The notes under the pieces were generated by a model, which searched no databases, was not told the DNA's origin, and worked only from the letters and a program-made list of their open reading frames with translations. From positions 704,001-768,000 of the forward strand of contig JAXHMY010000001.1 of assembly GCA_034520965.1 (NCBI GenBank): DNA of 64,000 bases. The letters are read 5' to 3'. A program made the translations under genes and the position numbers. The DNA comes from Spirochaetia bacterium (lineage in GTDB: Bacteria > Spirochaetota > Spirochaetia > DSM-16054 > Sediminispirochaetaceae). Shown here piece after piece: positions 1 to 10,400 of the stretch. The first letter of the stretch is position 1. Each line of letters opens with the position of its first letter.

Positions 1-936
1 CCGGCCTAAGCCTGAGAGGATACCGGTTTCTCCCACATGGCAGCCAAGCTGATAACTCAGGCCATTTTCCTCAGCCAGCCGCGCCATATGTAAACTGCGC
101 AGCAAACCGCCGTGTTTGGATAATCGTATATTGATCATTCCAAAACTTGCATCTTGACTGATCTGTTCAACATCCTGGAAGCTCACCGCCGATTCGTCGG
201 CAACAAAACAGAAGTCGCCGCTTTCGGGAACAGCACCGACTCGTCCCATTCCTTCCCAGTCCCTGCCCAGCGGCTCTTCAATCAGAGAGATACCAAACTC
301 CTGCAAAAGAGGCAAATGATCGATAGTCTCATCGACGCTCCAGGCTGCGTTGGCATCAACCCGCAGGTCGTATTCATTCCCCAACATTCCGCGGGCCTTT
401 TCCAGAACCTTACGATTATACTCTGTATCCCGGGCTAATTTTATCCGCAGATTTGTGATTCCAGCCTGAAGGTAGGCCCCCAGCATCTTTTCAGCTGCCG
501 GGAGAGGAAGCATCGGCAGGGTTCCCCCGTAGATTAACTCCCGGCGACGCGGTTTCATCTGCAACAAGGTATATACATCCACTTTTTGACGCTTACACAA
601 AAGGTCCAGCAGTGCCCCTTCTACCGCACAGAGCAGCGGCAGTTCAGCTGCAGGCCATTCTGAAGACAGCAAGGCGGGAAGAAGAGTATCAATTGAACCA
701 TCGGCATCCGGCAGCCTATGGAGAATCCCGCGTACCACAGCTGCAGTCTCAGTGGAGTCGGCGGTACTGGTGCCGGTTACATATTCACGGGCCACTGCTT
801 CTCCAAAGCCGGAGTATTCTCCGTCGGAGAGTTCAACAATGAGTGAATCCGACGCCTGTCGCCGGGCCTGGGAATGGGTAAAATCGAGTTTGAAGGGTAT
901 TGATAGGGCATGCACGTAAGCCTGTAAGTTCAGCAT
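1..936 (-). CDS. Enolase-superfamily (MLE/dipeptide epimerase/OSBS-like) enzyme, 3' end runs off the window
   Basis: Not in ORF track; manual translation from ATG 936 gives MLNLQAYVHALSIPFKLDFTHSQA...GFGEAVAREYVTG...NLRIKL...LRVDANAAW...IEEPL...ADES...NIRLSKHGGL...GCHVGETGIL, with the D/E/D metal ligands of the superfamily. Confidence 0.85.
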   Translation of the reverse strand, partial: MLNLQAYVHALSIPFKLDFTHSQARRQASDSLIVELSDGEYSGFGEAVAREYVTGTSTADSTETAAVVRGILHRLPDADGSIDTLLPALLSSEWPAAELPLLCAVEGALLDLLCKRQKVDVYTLLQMKPRRRELIYGGTLPMLPLPAAEKMLGAYLQAGITNLRIKLARDTEYNRKVLEKARGMLGNEYDLRVDANAAWSVDETIDHLPLLQEFGISLIEEPLGRDWEGMGRVGAVPESGDFCFVADESAVSFQDVEQISQDASFGMINIRLSKHGGLLRSLHMARLAEENGLSYQLGCHVGETGILSGLGR

Positions 937-963
937 GGCCGCATTGTAAACCGGCCATGCTGA
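930..963. promoter_or_regulatory. 12-bp perfect inverted repeat covering a -10 box (TACAAT, minus strand) and the start codon of the enolase-family gene
   Basis: tcagcatggccg (930-941) / cggccatgctga (952-963); the loop holds attgta = TACAAT on the minus strand, 6 nt before the ATG. Confidence 0.5.
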
Positions 964-1014
964 TAAAGAAAGGAAAAAATTCTTAGTTCTTCCGAGGACA
1001 AAGTTTTTTAGGGC

Positions 1015-3003
1015 CTATTCTTTCTCTTTCACAGATTTCTTTTGCTTCTTTTGTGTCTTTTTTTGCTTCTCCGGCCGGGTTTCACTGTTCAGCTGCGCAA
1101 TCAGGTTTTTGTACTTGTCCTGAATATACTGCCGCTTGACCTTAAGGGTTTGGGTGAGTTCCCCTCCAATAGTAAACTCATTTTTCACCGGTAGAATATG
1201 TGATACAAACTCAAAAGGCTTAAACCCATGCTCTTTACTTATCAGGCTATTAACTTCCCGCATAAGGATTGCATTGATTTTATCATTCTCAATTGAGTAG
1301 GCGCCTTCAGTGGGAACCTCATAGTCGGTCACCTTCAGCTCCTCGGCTAAGCGCATCAGCTCATCCGGGTTTACCGCAACCAGAGCGGTAAGCTGTTTAC
1401 GGTCCTGACCTAGAAGCACGGCGTGATCAATATAGGCACTCTCTTTTATCTTGTCTTCAATTCGCTCCGGTTCTACGTTCTCGCCGCCCATCAGTACGAT
1501 AGTATCCTTTGCTCGACCGGCGATAATAAACTCTCCATTTTCCGATTGAATAGCCAAATCACCGGTATTTAGCCACCCCTCATCGTCTATCATTTTAGCG
1601 GTAGCTTCGGGGTTTTTATAGTAGCCCTGCATGACCTGCGGACCACGTACATATAAAACCCCCTTTTCGCCTACTTCCGCCAGAGTCCCGTCTTCCCTGC
1701 GAACCTGTACCTCAGTGTTTACAAAGGGGTGACCTGTGGACCCAAAGGTATTACAACCGAAGGTACGGGATAAAATTCCCGGCGCGCATTCAGTCATGCC
1801 ATACGCATTTACAATGTTGATGCCGATTGAATTAAACAGCTCGTCCAGATATTTCGGCAATGCCCCGGCCCCTGAGGTAGCTCCGCGTAAATTGCCGCCT
1901 ACCTTATCACGAAAGGGGGTGAACATTTTATGGGCCAACAGATGTCCCGGATACATAAGCCCTGCCAGTACTGCATGGAACAGCCAGGAAGCAGCCCTAC
2001 GCAGTTTTCCGCGCTTTTTCAGAGAAATATAGCCGCCTTTCATGTAGATTCGGGAAGAGAGAAAAAGCTGATTGATTTTAATAAAAGTAAAAATCAGATA
2101 CCGCTTGGCCGCCGGCATAGTACTCAAGGCCTTAATCAATTTCTGATAGATGGACTCCCATACCCGGGGTACGGAGATGATAATCTCAGGCTTCTCCTCC
2201 TGAAGGTCGGCGGCGAAACGCTTGGCGGAGGAATAAATAATAGTAACACCGGAGGAGAGGCCAATGTATTCAAAGGCCCGCTCATACACATGCCAGGAAG
2301 GCAGCATAACCACTGTCTTCTCACCTTTGTTCGGATCAATCTCTAGGCGGGGAGTGTTCGCTATGACGTTCTGCATAAAGTTGCGGTGGGTCAGAACGAC
2401 ACCTTTTGGGTTACCGGTGGTGCCGGAGGTGTAGACAATTGTCATCACATCATCCAGGGAAATACGCGCGCGCAGCGCATCGAACCACTGGGGATCCGAT
2501 TTCAGTTCCTCACGCCCTTTTGCAACCACCTTGGAATAATAGGAAACCTTCTTTTTCACGTTGCTCGGCAGGTCATCGAGGGGAGCCTCGTCAATGAGTA
2601 TAATCTGCCGACAGGTATCCCAGTTCTCTTTAGTAAAGTGTTCCAATAGATCTTTTAACTGTGAGTACTGCTCAACTACCAGAAAAGTTGAATCGGAGTG
2701 TTGAAAAATAAACTGGACCTCCTCCGGTGAGGTATCCGAGCCCCGGGGTACACTTATGGCTCCAACGGCTATTAATGCGAAGTCGCTTACCGACCACTCA
2801 TAACGGTTGTTCACAAAAAAGCCGACCTTCTCACCAGCCTCCAGCTTATATGCAGACAGTCCGGCGGCAAACTCCTGAATTTCCCGGCTAAACTCTTTAT
2901 ACGTATGAGTAGTTACTTGATCCTTGCCTTTCATTTTATGTGAAATGCGATCTGGAAAACTTTGAGTTGTTTCAAAGGGAATATCGATGATGGTACGAGC
3001 CAT
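1015..3003 (-). CDS. fadD: Long-chain fatty acid--CoA ligase (AMP-binding, FadD15-like)
   Basis: YTSGTTGNPKG, YGMTE, WLNTGD, GRAKDTIVL..GENVEP and LTQTLKVKR motifs; GGAGG RBS. Confidence 0.9.
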   Translation of the reverse strand: MARTIIDIPFETTQSFPDRISHKMKGKDQVTTHTYKEFSREIQEFAAGLSAYKLEAGEKVGFFVNNRYEWSVSDFALIAVGAISVPRGSDTSPEEVQFIFQHSDSTFLVVEQYSQLKDLLEHFTKENWDTCRQIILIDEAPLDDLPSNVKKKVSYYSKVVAKGREELKSDPQWFDALRARISLDDVMTIVYTSGTTGNPKGVVLTHRNFMQNVIANTPRLEIDPNKGEKTVVMLPSWHVYERAFEYIGLSSGVTIIYSSAKRFAADLQEEKPEIIISVPRVWESIYQKLIKALSTMPAAKRYLIFTFIKINQLFLSSRIYMKGGYISLKKRGKLRRAASWLFHAVLAGLMYPGHLLAHKMFTPFRDKVGGNLRGATSGAGALPKYLDELFNSIGINIVNAYGMTECAPGILSRTFGCNTFGSTGHPFVNTEVQVRREDGTLAEVGEKGVLYVRGPQVMQGYYKNPEATAKMIDDEGWLNTGDLAIQSENGEFIIAGRAKDTIVLMGGENVEPERIEDKIKESAYIDHAVLLGQDRKQLTALVAVNPDELMRLAEELKVTDYEVPTEGAYSIENDKINAILMREVNSLISKEHGFKPFEFVSHILPVKNEFTIGGELTQTLKVKRQYIQDKYKNLIAQLNSETRPEKQKKTQKKQKKSVKEKE

Positions 3004-3020
3004 AGTTCCTCCTCTCTCTC

Positions 3021-3089
3021 CTATTAAGAAAATAGCCGTATCCGGCTATTTTCGTCGTTTCGGTTGCCGCTACGCGGCATGCGAAACTA
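3021..3089. repeat. 69-bp double-hairpin intergenic repeat, copy 1 (REP/MITE-like or structured RNA)
   Basis: 62/69 identical by hand alignment to 49662-49730; stems gaaaatagccg/cggctattttc and gtttcg..tgccgc/gcggca..cgaaac. Confidence 0.85.
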
Positions 3090-3149
3090 ATATAGTTTAA
3101 ATATACTAGATACAGAGATGATAGTATAGATAGTTTCGCATGCCGGATT

Positions 3150-4016
3150 TTAATGCCCCCTCTCAAAGTAGAGGTCACCGAACCTGTGTGCCTCGGCCAG
3201 GAGCAGGCGAAAGCCCCGTTTCTGCAGGAAGGTAATGGCTGCATCTTTCAGTGCAGAGCTGTGCCATTCGAGTACAATCCGGGAGGCCCTGCCGAGAATC
3301 TCCTGCGCACCCTGCAGCACTTCAATTTCAGCTCCCTCTACATCAATCTTAATTAAATCCACCCTTTTGAATCCAGCGCTCCGGCATATTTCATCTAGGC
3401 TGAATGCCTCCACCAGCTCTTTCTGCAGACTGGAGGGCTTGATCCAGGGCTGATCTAATTGACTGATATGCGCTGAGGAGATGGTCGGCACGTGTGCGTG
3501 ATGGAACATCTCCACATGGAGTTGCCCTGCGGCAGCCGCAGCATGCACCGGATACACCTGACTGCGAGTACAGTGGTTCAACGCCAGATTCGTGGTAAGC
3601 AGTTGATAGGTAGAAGAGATCGGTTCAACAGCTAGTACCCGGGCAGTCGGATTTTCATGTTTCATGCGAAGGGTATAAAACCCCTCGTTAGCCCCAATAT
3701 CAAGAACGGTATCATTCTCCTGGGCCCTAAAACCGGGAAGGCCCATGTGGGCAGAGTCAATCCACAAGTCGATTAATGTATCTATCGAGGCCGGCGCATA
3801 CTCCATATTCAATCTAAAAGTAAGACCGGCTAAATGTAAATCCTGCAGCTCCTCTTCACCCCTGAAAATCGAACTGCTTGTATGGGGGCCGCTGACTGGA
3901 CTTTTGTTATTACCCATTATTGCCCGTCGCCGAACCTCAATTCGGTCTATTAAGTGAATATCTTCATTGCTAGCGGCCAGAGATTTGAGCTGTTTGATTT
4001 TCGCAAGACGGTCCAT
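3150..4016 (-). CDS. FkbM-family SAM-dependent methyltransferase
   Basis: VLDIGANEG, VLAVEP and DLIKIDVEGAE motifs; start moved to ATG 4016 (TACACT 6 nt upstream). Confidence 0.88.
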   Translation of the reverse strand: MDRLAKIKQLKSLAASNEDIHLIDRIEVRRRAIMGNNKSPVSGPHTSSSIFRGEEELQDLHLAGLTFRLNMEYAPASIDTLIDLWIDSAHMGLPGFRAQENDTVLDIGANEGFYTLRMKHENPTARVLAVEPISSTYQLLTTNLALNHCTRSQVYPVHAAAAAGQLHVEMFHHAHVPTISSAHISQLDQPWIKPSSLQKELVEAFSLDEICRSAGFKRVDLIKIDVEGAEIEVLQGAQEILGRASRIVLEWHSSALKDAAITFLQKRGFRLLLAEAHRFGDLYFERGH

Positions 4017-4116
4017 TCGACTAGTGTACAAGGATCCGGACCTTACTGCAAACACAAGGGGCATAGTGGAGCAATTCCGACTTTCACTTTGGCTATATCC
4101 ATTCTATACTAAGCTT

Positions 4117-5931
4117 ATGAGCGAAAAGAAGTCACTACAACAGTTCGCACAGCAACCATTGCCACAGCCATGGTGGAAAGAAACTACGGTGTATCAAGTG
4201 TACCCCCGCTCTTTTATGGACTCCAAGGGAGATGGGATTGGTGATCTGGAAGGAATTATCTCCCGGCTCGATTACCTGCAGGAGCTGGGAATAGAGACCA
4301 TTTGGCTTTCACCCTTTTATACCAGCCCGCAGCAGGATTTAGGCTACGACATTTCTCACTACTGCGATGTCTCCCCGGAGTATGGTTCCCTTGAAACTTT
4401 CGATCATTTGCTATTTGAAGTCCACAAGCGCAAGATGAAGTTGGTCCTGGATATGGTCTTAAACCATACCAGTATTCAGCACCCCTGGTTTCGCGAATCA
4501 GCCTCGAGCCGTGACAATCCAAAGCGCAACTGGTATGTGTGGAAAGACGGGAGAAAGCCCGAGGGGAAAGCACCCCCCAACAATTGGCGCAGCATGGTCG
4601 GAGGGTCCGGCTGGCACTACCATCCTGAAACACGGCAGTGGTACTGGGCCTCATTTTTATCCTTCCAGCCGGATTTAAATTACCGGAACCCCGAAGTAAA
4701 GCAGGAAATGTTCAAGGTGCTCCGCTTCTGGCTTGACCGGGGTGTGGACGGTTTCCGGCTCGACATTATCGGAGCGGTGTATGAGGACCCGTTTTTTCGG
4801 GACAACCCCCTCACCTGGAAGCTGTTGCCGGATGCGGAGAATACAGGCTTTCTGTTTCGCTCCCATCGGATGACGCAAAACCACCCGGACAACTTTGAGT
4901 TCGCCCGCGAGCTGCGTGCGGTGGTAGATGAGTATTCATCTTTGGAAAATCCATCCCAAGAAAGAGTGTTGATCGGCGAGACCTTCGGTTCGCCGGAGGT
5001 TCTGCGCCGCTACTGCGGGCGGGAACAGCCCGATGCTCTGCACCTGGTTTTTTTATTCAAAACCATGGCCGTACCCTTCTCGGCTCCCGCTTTTAGGAAA
5101 TTGGTTGAAGAGTTTGAGACGGTATTTCCAGCCCCGTTTATCCCTACCTACGTGTATTCAAACCACGATCGTTTCCGCCGCTTTTCTGTGCTGGGAGAGG
5201 ATACCCGTAAGGCCAAACTGAACAGTTTCTTTCAGCTTACAGTTCGGGGGGTACCGTTTATCTATTACGGAGAAGAAATTGGAATGCGCCAGGGTCGGAT
5301 TAAGCCTAAAGTTACCCGGGATGCAGTTGCCCTCCACATCGGTACCGTTCCGGCAGCGAGAATAAAATTTCTAAACCGACTGACCAATGGTGCTATTCAG
5401 CGTGACGGCTGTAGAACTCCGATGCAGTGGGACTCCTCATTGCAGGCAGGTTTTACACAGCAAACTGCAGAGCCCTGGATGCCGGTCAACGAGGACTCGA
5501 TGAAGGTAAACGCAGCAGAGCAAAAAGAACGGGGTGATTCGCTTTACGCATGTTATCAGCAGCTGCTGGATCTTCGTCGTTGTTACCCCGCCCTGCACCG
5601 CGGCAGCTTAGAACTACTTTCGAAGGAGTTGCTTCCAAAAGCGGTACTGGGCTACATCCGCTCGACCCCGGAGGGAGAAAAGCTTCTGATGCTGCTCAAC
5701 TTCTCAAGGAAAATCCAGCGCTTTTCTCTGCCCCTCTCCGCAATTCTGTCCACGTATAGTTCCACATCCAGTTCCAATTCAGAGGCGGAAGTGCAAATAC
5801 TTTTTTCTACTGCGGGCAGGGGTGATCAAAAAAGCCCTTTCTCTTCTCCCGGCGAACTACAGCCCTATGAGGGACTGCTCTTGATTATACTTTATCCGGA
5901 TCAAGAGCAGACAGCCAGCGACCCTGCTTAA
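4117..5931 (+). CDS. GH13 alpha-glucosidase / oligo-1,6-glucosidase
   Basis: WWKETTVYQVYPRSF, DMVLNHTS, GFRLD, SNHD, YYGEEIGM and RDGCRTPMQW motifs; start at ATG 4117. Confidence 0.92.
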   Translation: MSEKKSLQQFAQQPLPQPWWKETTVYQVYPRSFMDSKGDGIGDLEGIISRLDYLQELGIETIWLSPFYTSPQQDLGYDISHYCDVSPEYGSLETFDHLLFEVHKRKMKLVLDMVLNHTSIQHPWFRESASSRDNPKRNWYVWKDGRKPEGKAPPNNWRSMVGGSGWHYHPETRQWYWASFLSFQPDLNYRNPEVKQEMFKVLRFWLDRGVDGFRLDIIGAVYEDPFFRDNPLTWKLLPDAENTGFLFRSHRMTQNHPDNFEFARELRAVVDEYSSLENPSQERVLIGETFGSPEVLRRYCGREQPDALHLVFLFKTMAVPFSAPAFRKLVEEFETVFPAPFIPTYVYSNHDRFRRFSVLGEDTRKAKLNSFFQLTVRGVPFIYYGEEIGMRQGRIKPKVTRDAVALHIGTVPAARIKFLNRLTNGAIQRDGCRTPMQWDSSLQAGFTQQTAEPWMPVNEDSMKVNAAEQKERGDSLYACYQQLLDLRRCYPALHRGSLELLSKELLPKAVLGYIRSTPEGEKLLMLLNFSRKIQRFSLPLSAILSTYSSTSSSNSEAEVQILFSTAGRGDQKSPFSSPGELQPYEGLLLIILYPDQEQTASDPA

Positions 5932-7225
5932 AATAGTAAAGGCTCACGGCCGCGGTGACCATGTTGCTTACAAACATCGCCCACCAAATACTCGATGGGC
6001 CAATTCCAATTACAAACGCCAGGATATAGGCAACCGGTAAGCGCAGGGCCCATAAGCGGGCGATGTTGAGGTACATGACCGGTTTGGTGTCGCCGGCGCC
6101 CTGAAAGGCACCAATTGTTGCATGAAAAAAGCTGAATAAGACTACCGAAGGGGCTACCACCCGAAACAGCTCCGCCCCGTATCGGATAGTCTCCGGGTCA
6201 TCGACAAAAAACCGGATAAAAGAGCTTCCGTAAAAAAAGGTGAGAGTCATCGCCGGAAGTAAAAAGACCTGGAGAACCAGAATGCTCAAGACAACCACCT
6301 GACGCGCCCCCTCTTTATCCTTCGCTCCCAAGCGCTGCCCAACCAGCGAGGTAGTAGCTCGGGATATGCCCATGGCCGGCATATTGAACAAACCTATCAA
6401 CCGGTTTCCCACACCAAAGGCGGCTATCACAGCGGTACCGAAGTAGTTCACCAGTCCCTGCAGAACGGTAAACCCCAAGGCGGAAACCGCCTGTCCGAAG
6501 GATGAGGGCAGGCCTATCTTTAAAAACAGACGAACCGAAGGGCCCTGCGGCCGCATATGGGCCCAGCGAAGCCGCATGCCGTACTTTCCCTGAATAAGAA
6601 TATAGAATGCAATGGCCGAACCGACCGCCCTGGCAATCACAGTAGCAACAGCCGCCCCCTGCACGCCCCAGGCAGGAAAAAAACCAAGCCCATAAATAAA
6701 CAGCGGATCGAGGATTATATTCAGCGCCACTGTAATTATCTGGATTATTAATGGAACAACCGTGCGCCCTATGCCCTGCATGGCACTCTGCATCACAATA
6801 AAACCGAACATAAAGGGCAATCCGGAAAAGACAATCAGCATATATTCCCGGGTAAAAGCGAACACATTATCAGGGGTTTGTAGAAGCTTCAGCAGCGGTG
6901 ATGTAAGAAAAATTCCCAAAACGGCAATCAGAACCGCAGTTGCCAATAAAATAGTAGTGGCCTGGCCTAAATAAAAATCGACCCTCTCTCGGCTTCCCTT
7001 TCCGTGGGATTGTGCAATAAGGGTGGTACCGGCCATTGATAAACCGATCCCAAACAGAATCAGAAAAAAAATGATGGGAAAGGCGATGGTGGGGGCGGAG
7101 AGCTCCGCTGTACCAAGCTTACCAAGAAAGTAGGCATCCGTGAGATTGTAAAGGGTCTGCACAAAATTACCTGCCATGAGGGGCAGGGCAATTTTCATAA
7201 GCGGTGTGAGCTGTGAGAAGTTCAT
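5885..7225 (-). CDS. MATE-family efflux transporter
   Basis: QTLYNLTDAYFLGKLG and LNIILDPLFIYG..GVQGAAVAT motifs; multiple hydrophobic segments. Confidence 0.9.
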   Translation of the reverse strand: MNFSQLTPLMKIALPLMAGNFVQTLYNLTDAYFLGKLGTAELSAPTIAFPIIFFLILFGIGLSMAGTTLIAQSHGKGSRERVDFYLGQATTILLATAVLIAVLGIFLTSPLLKLLQTPDNVFAFTREYMLIVFSGLPFMFGFIVMQSAMQGIGRTVVPLIIQIITVALNIILDPLFIYGLGFFPAWGVQGAAVATVIARAVGSAIAFYILIQGKYGMRLRWAHMRPQGPSVRLFLKIGLPSSFGQAVSALGFTVLQGLVNYFGTAVIAAFGVGNRLIGLFNMPAMGISRATTSLVGQRLGAKDKEGARQVVVLSILVLQVFLLPAMTLTFFYGSSFIRFFVDDPETIRYGAELFRVVAPSVVLFSFFHATIGAFQGAGDTKPVMYLNIARLWALRLPVAYILAFVIGIGPSSIWWAMFVSNMVTAAVSLYYFKQGRWLSALDPDKV

Positions 7226-7465
7226 GTGGTTGTTAAAGCGTCCTATTTGTAATAATCAGCCATTGTACCCGGCCCTATACCCTTTGTAAAGTTTAGTTCA
7301 GGGGCATATATTCCGCTTAATTACATAATTATAAGTATATATGAGTTTTTTAGACTTATATTTGTATATTTATGCAAAATACGTCCGTACCATACTTGAA
7401 AAATATCAATTTACCCGTTTTACTATTCATTAATCCCAATATTTGAACAACGGGAGGAGGAGAAC

Positions 7466-10400
7466 ATGAAAGAACACACGGGACTGTACGATCGGTCATT
7501 TGAGCATGATGCCTGCGGAGTCGGCTTCATTGCACACATCAACGGAGAAAAAACCCACGCGATAATTGAAAACAGTATTCAAGCCCTTATCAACTTAGAG
7601 CACCGCGGTGCGGTAGGCGGGGACATGAAAACGGGTGATGGAGCCGGTATTCTCCTGCAGATTCCCGATGAGTTTTTACGAGCCAATTTGGAGTTCGAAT
7701 TGCCCGCCCCCGGCCGCTACGGAGCGGGTATGTTCTTTCTTCCCTCGGAGGAAAAACTTTTCACCCGCAGCACCGCTATTGTAGAAGAGACAAGCGCTGC
7801 GGAGGGAGGCCTCTTTCTCGGCTGGCGCAAGGTACCGATCAACACCCCGGCACTGGGAGAAACTGCGCTGCAGAGTCTTCCCGCCATATGGCAGGCTTTT
7901 TTCAGCTTTGAAGGGCTGCAGGGCGAGGTACTCGAGCGAAAACTGTATATCCTTAGAAAATGCATGGAAAGCGCAGCTGCAGATTCGGGAATGGACATAA
8001 ATCAATTTTATATTCCCTCCCTTTCCGCCCGCACTATAGTGTACAAGGGCATGTTTGTATCAACCCAGTTTACCGATTTTTATCCGGATGTAACAGACTC
8101 CGCTTTTAAAAGTGCCATTGCTCTAGTCCATCAGCGTTACAGCACCAACACTTTCCCTTCCTGGTCACTCTCCCAGCCCTTCCGTTATATCGCCCACAAC
8201 GGTGAAATTAATACCCTGCGGCGCAACATGAACAATATGCGGGCCCGCGAAAGCAGCATCTCTTCACCCTACTTTGGTGAAGAAATCAGTAAAATCACCC
8301 CGATTGTGAATCCGGATACCAGTGACTCCGCCATATTTGACAGCGTGTATGAGCTGCTCGTCCAGGGTGGGCGGGATTTGCCCCATTCGATGATGATGAT
8401 GGTCCCCGAAGCGTTCGGTTCGCGTTATCATATCTCGGAAGATAAACGGGCCTTTTACGAATATCAAGCTGCCATCATGGAGCCTTGGGACGGGCCGGCA
8501 GCTATAGTGTTCACCGACGGTATCCGAATAGGGGCAACCCTCGACCGTAACGGCCTGCGCCCAGGCCGCTACATCATTACAAAAAGCGGTCAAGTAGTGC
8601 TGGCATCCGAGGCGGGTGTGGTAGAGATCCCCCGAAGATGTAATCGAAAAGGGCCGGCTGGCACCGGGACGGATGTTTGTAGTTGATACCGAGAAGCAAC
8701 GAGTCATTAAGGACAACGCACTGAAGGCCTCCGTCTCACGCCGCAGACCCTACCGCCGCTGGCTGGAAAAAAACCGCATTGAGCTAAAGGGTCTTTTCGG
8801 CCTGCCCCATCCGGTCGATCTGGATAAGGAAACACTATCGACACGCCAGAGAGCTTTTGGCTACTCCATCGAAGATATGATTACTATCATCACGCCGATG
8901 GCATTAAAGGGACAAGAGCCGATTGGTTCAATGGGAAACGATGCTGCCCTGGCGGTACTCTCCGAACGGCCCCAGCTCTTGTATGACTATTTTAAACAGA
9001 TGTTCGCCCAGGTGACCAATCCGCCGATCGATGCGTACCGCGAAAATCTGGTAATGTCGCTGATGAGTTTTGTGGGCCGGGAGCGCAATTTACTCGAAGA
9101 GACCCCGGAACATTGCCGCCAACTCAAGCTGGCCCATCCGATCCTCACCAATGACGATCTTCACCACCTTCGCAACACCTACATTCCGCATTTTAAGGGA
9201 GAAACTGTTTCTATTCTCTTTTCAAGATCCGAAGAGGGAGGTGAACTGCAGAAAGCTTTAGAGCGGGTCTGCACCGAGGTTGAGCAAAAAATCGATGATG
9301 GCTGTGAGCTGGTTATCCTCAGCGACCGAAATATCGAAGCCGACCAGATTCCCATCCCCGCCTTATTGGCAATGGGCGCCGTGCAGCAGCACCTGGTGCA
9401 GCAGGGCAAGCGCCACCTGAGCGGGATCGTAGTAGAAACAGGCGAAGCCCGGGAAGTCCACCACTTTGCAACCTGGTTGGCTACGGAGCCAGTGGAGTGA
9501 ATCCGTATCTTGTGTTTGAATCCCTGGTAGACCTCAAGCAACGCGGATACATACCCCAGGATCTTACTATCGAAGAGGCCACCGAGAACTACATCAATGC
9601 GGTAAGAAAGGGACTTTTGAAGGTCATGTCCAAAATGGGTATCTCAACCCTCCGCAGTTACCGCGGCAGCCAAATGTATGAAGCTCTTGGGCTGAACAGC
9701 GAACTTATGCAGAACTACTTTCCAGCTACACCTTCTAAAATAGAAGGGATCGGACTGTCCACAATCGAACAGGAGACCATCCAACGTCACAGCTCCGGCT
9801 TCCGGTTTGATGAGAAGCGGCTCGATCATCTTGATTCAGGGGGGATTTACCGCTACAGAGAAAACTCCACCAAACATCGATTTACCCCGTTGGCGATAGT
9901 CAAACTGCAGGAGGCGGTGCGCAACGGCAGTTACAGCGCTTTTAAAGGATATTCGGCCGAAATCAACGATATCGAGCATAACCTCTGCAGTCTGCGCGGC
10001 TTGTTCAACTTCAAGCAAGGCCAAGCCGTACCGGTAAAGGAAGTAGAGCCGGCAGAAGAGATTATAAAGCGCTTTGCCTCGGCAGCGATGTCCTTCGGCT
10101 CCCTCAGTCAGGAAGCCCATACCACTATTGCCATAGCCATGAATCGGCTGGGCGCAATGAGCAACTCCGGCGAGGGCGGAGAGGATAATCGGCGTTACAG
10201 TACACTTAAGAACGGGGACACCGCCATAAGCAAGGTAAAGCAAATTGCCTCCGGTCGCTTCGGGGTAACAGGAGAGTATCTGGTAAATGCCGAGGAGCTG
10301 CAAATTAAAATGGCTCAGGGGGCAAAACCCGGCGAGGGCGGCCAACTGCCGGGATATAAGGTAAACGATGTTATCGCACGGGTACGTCACTCCACCCCGG

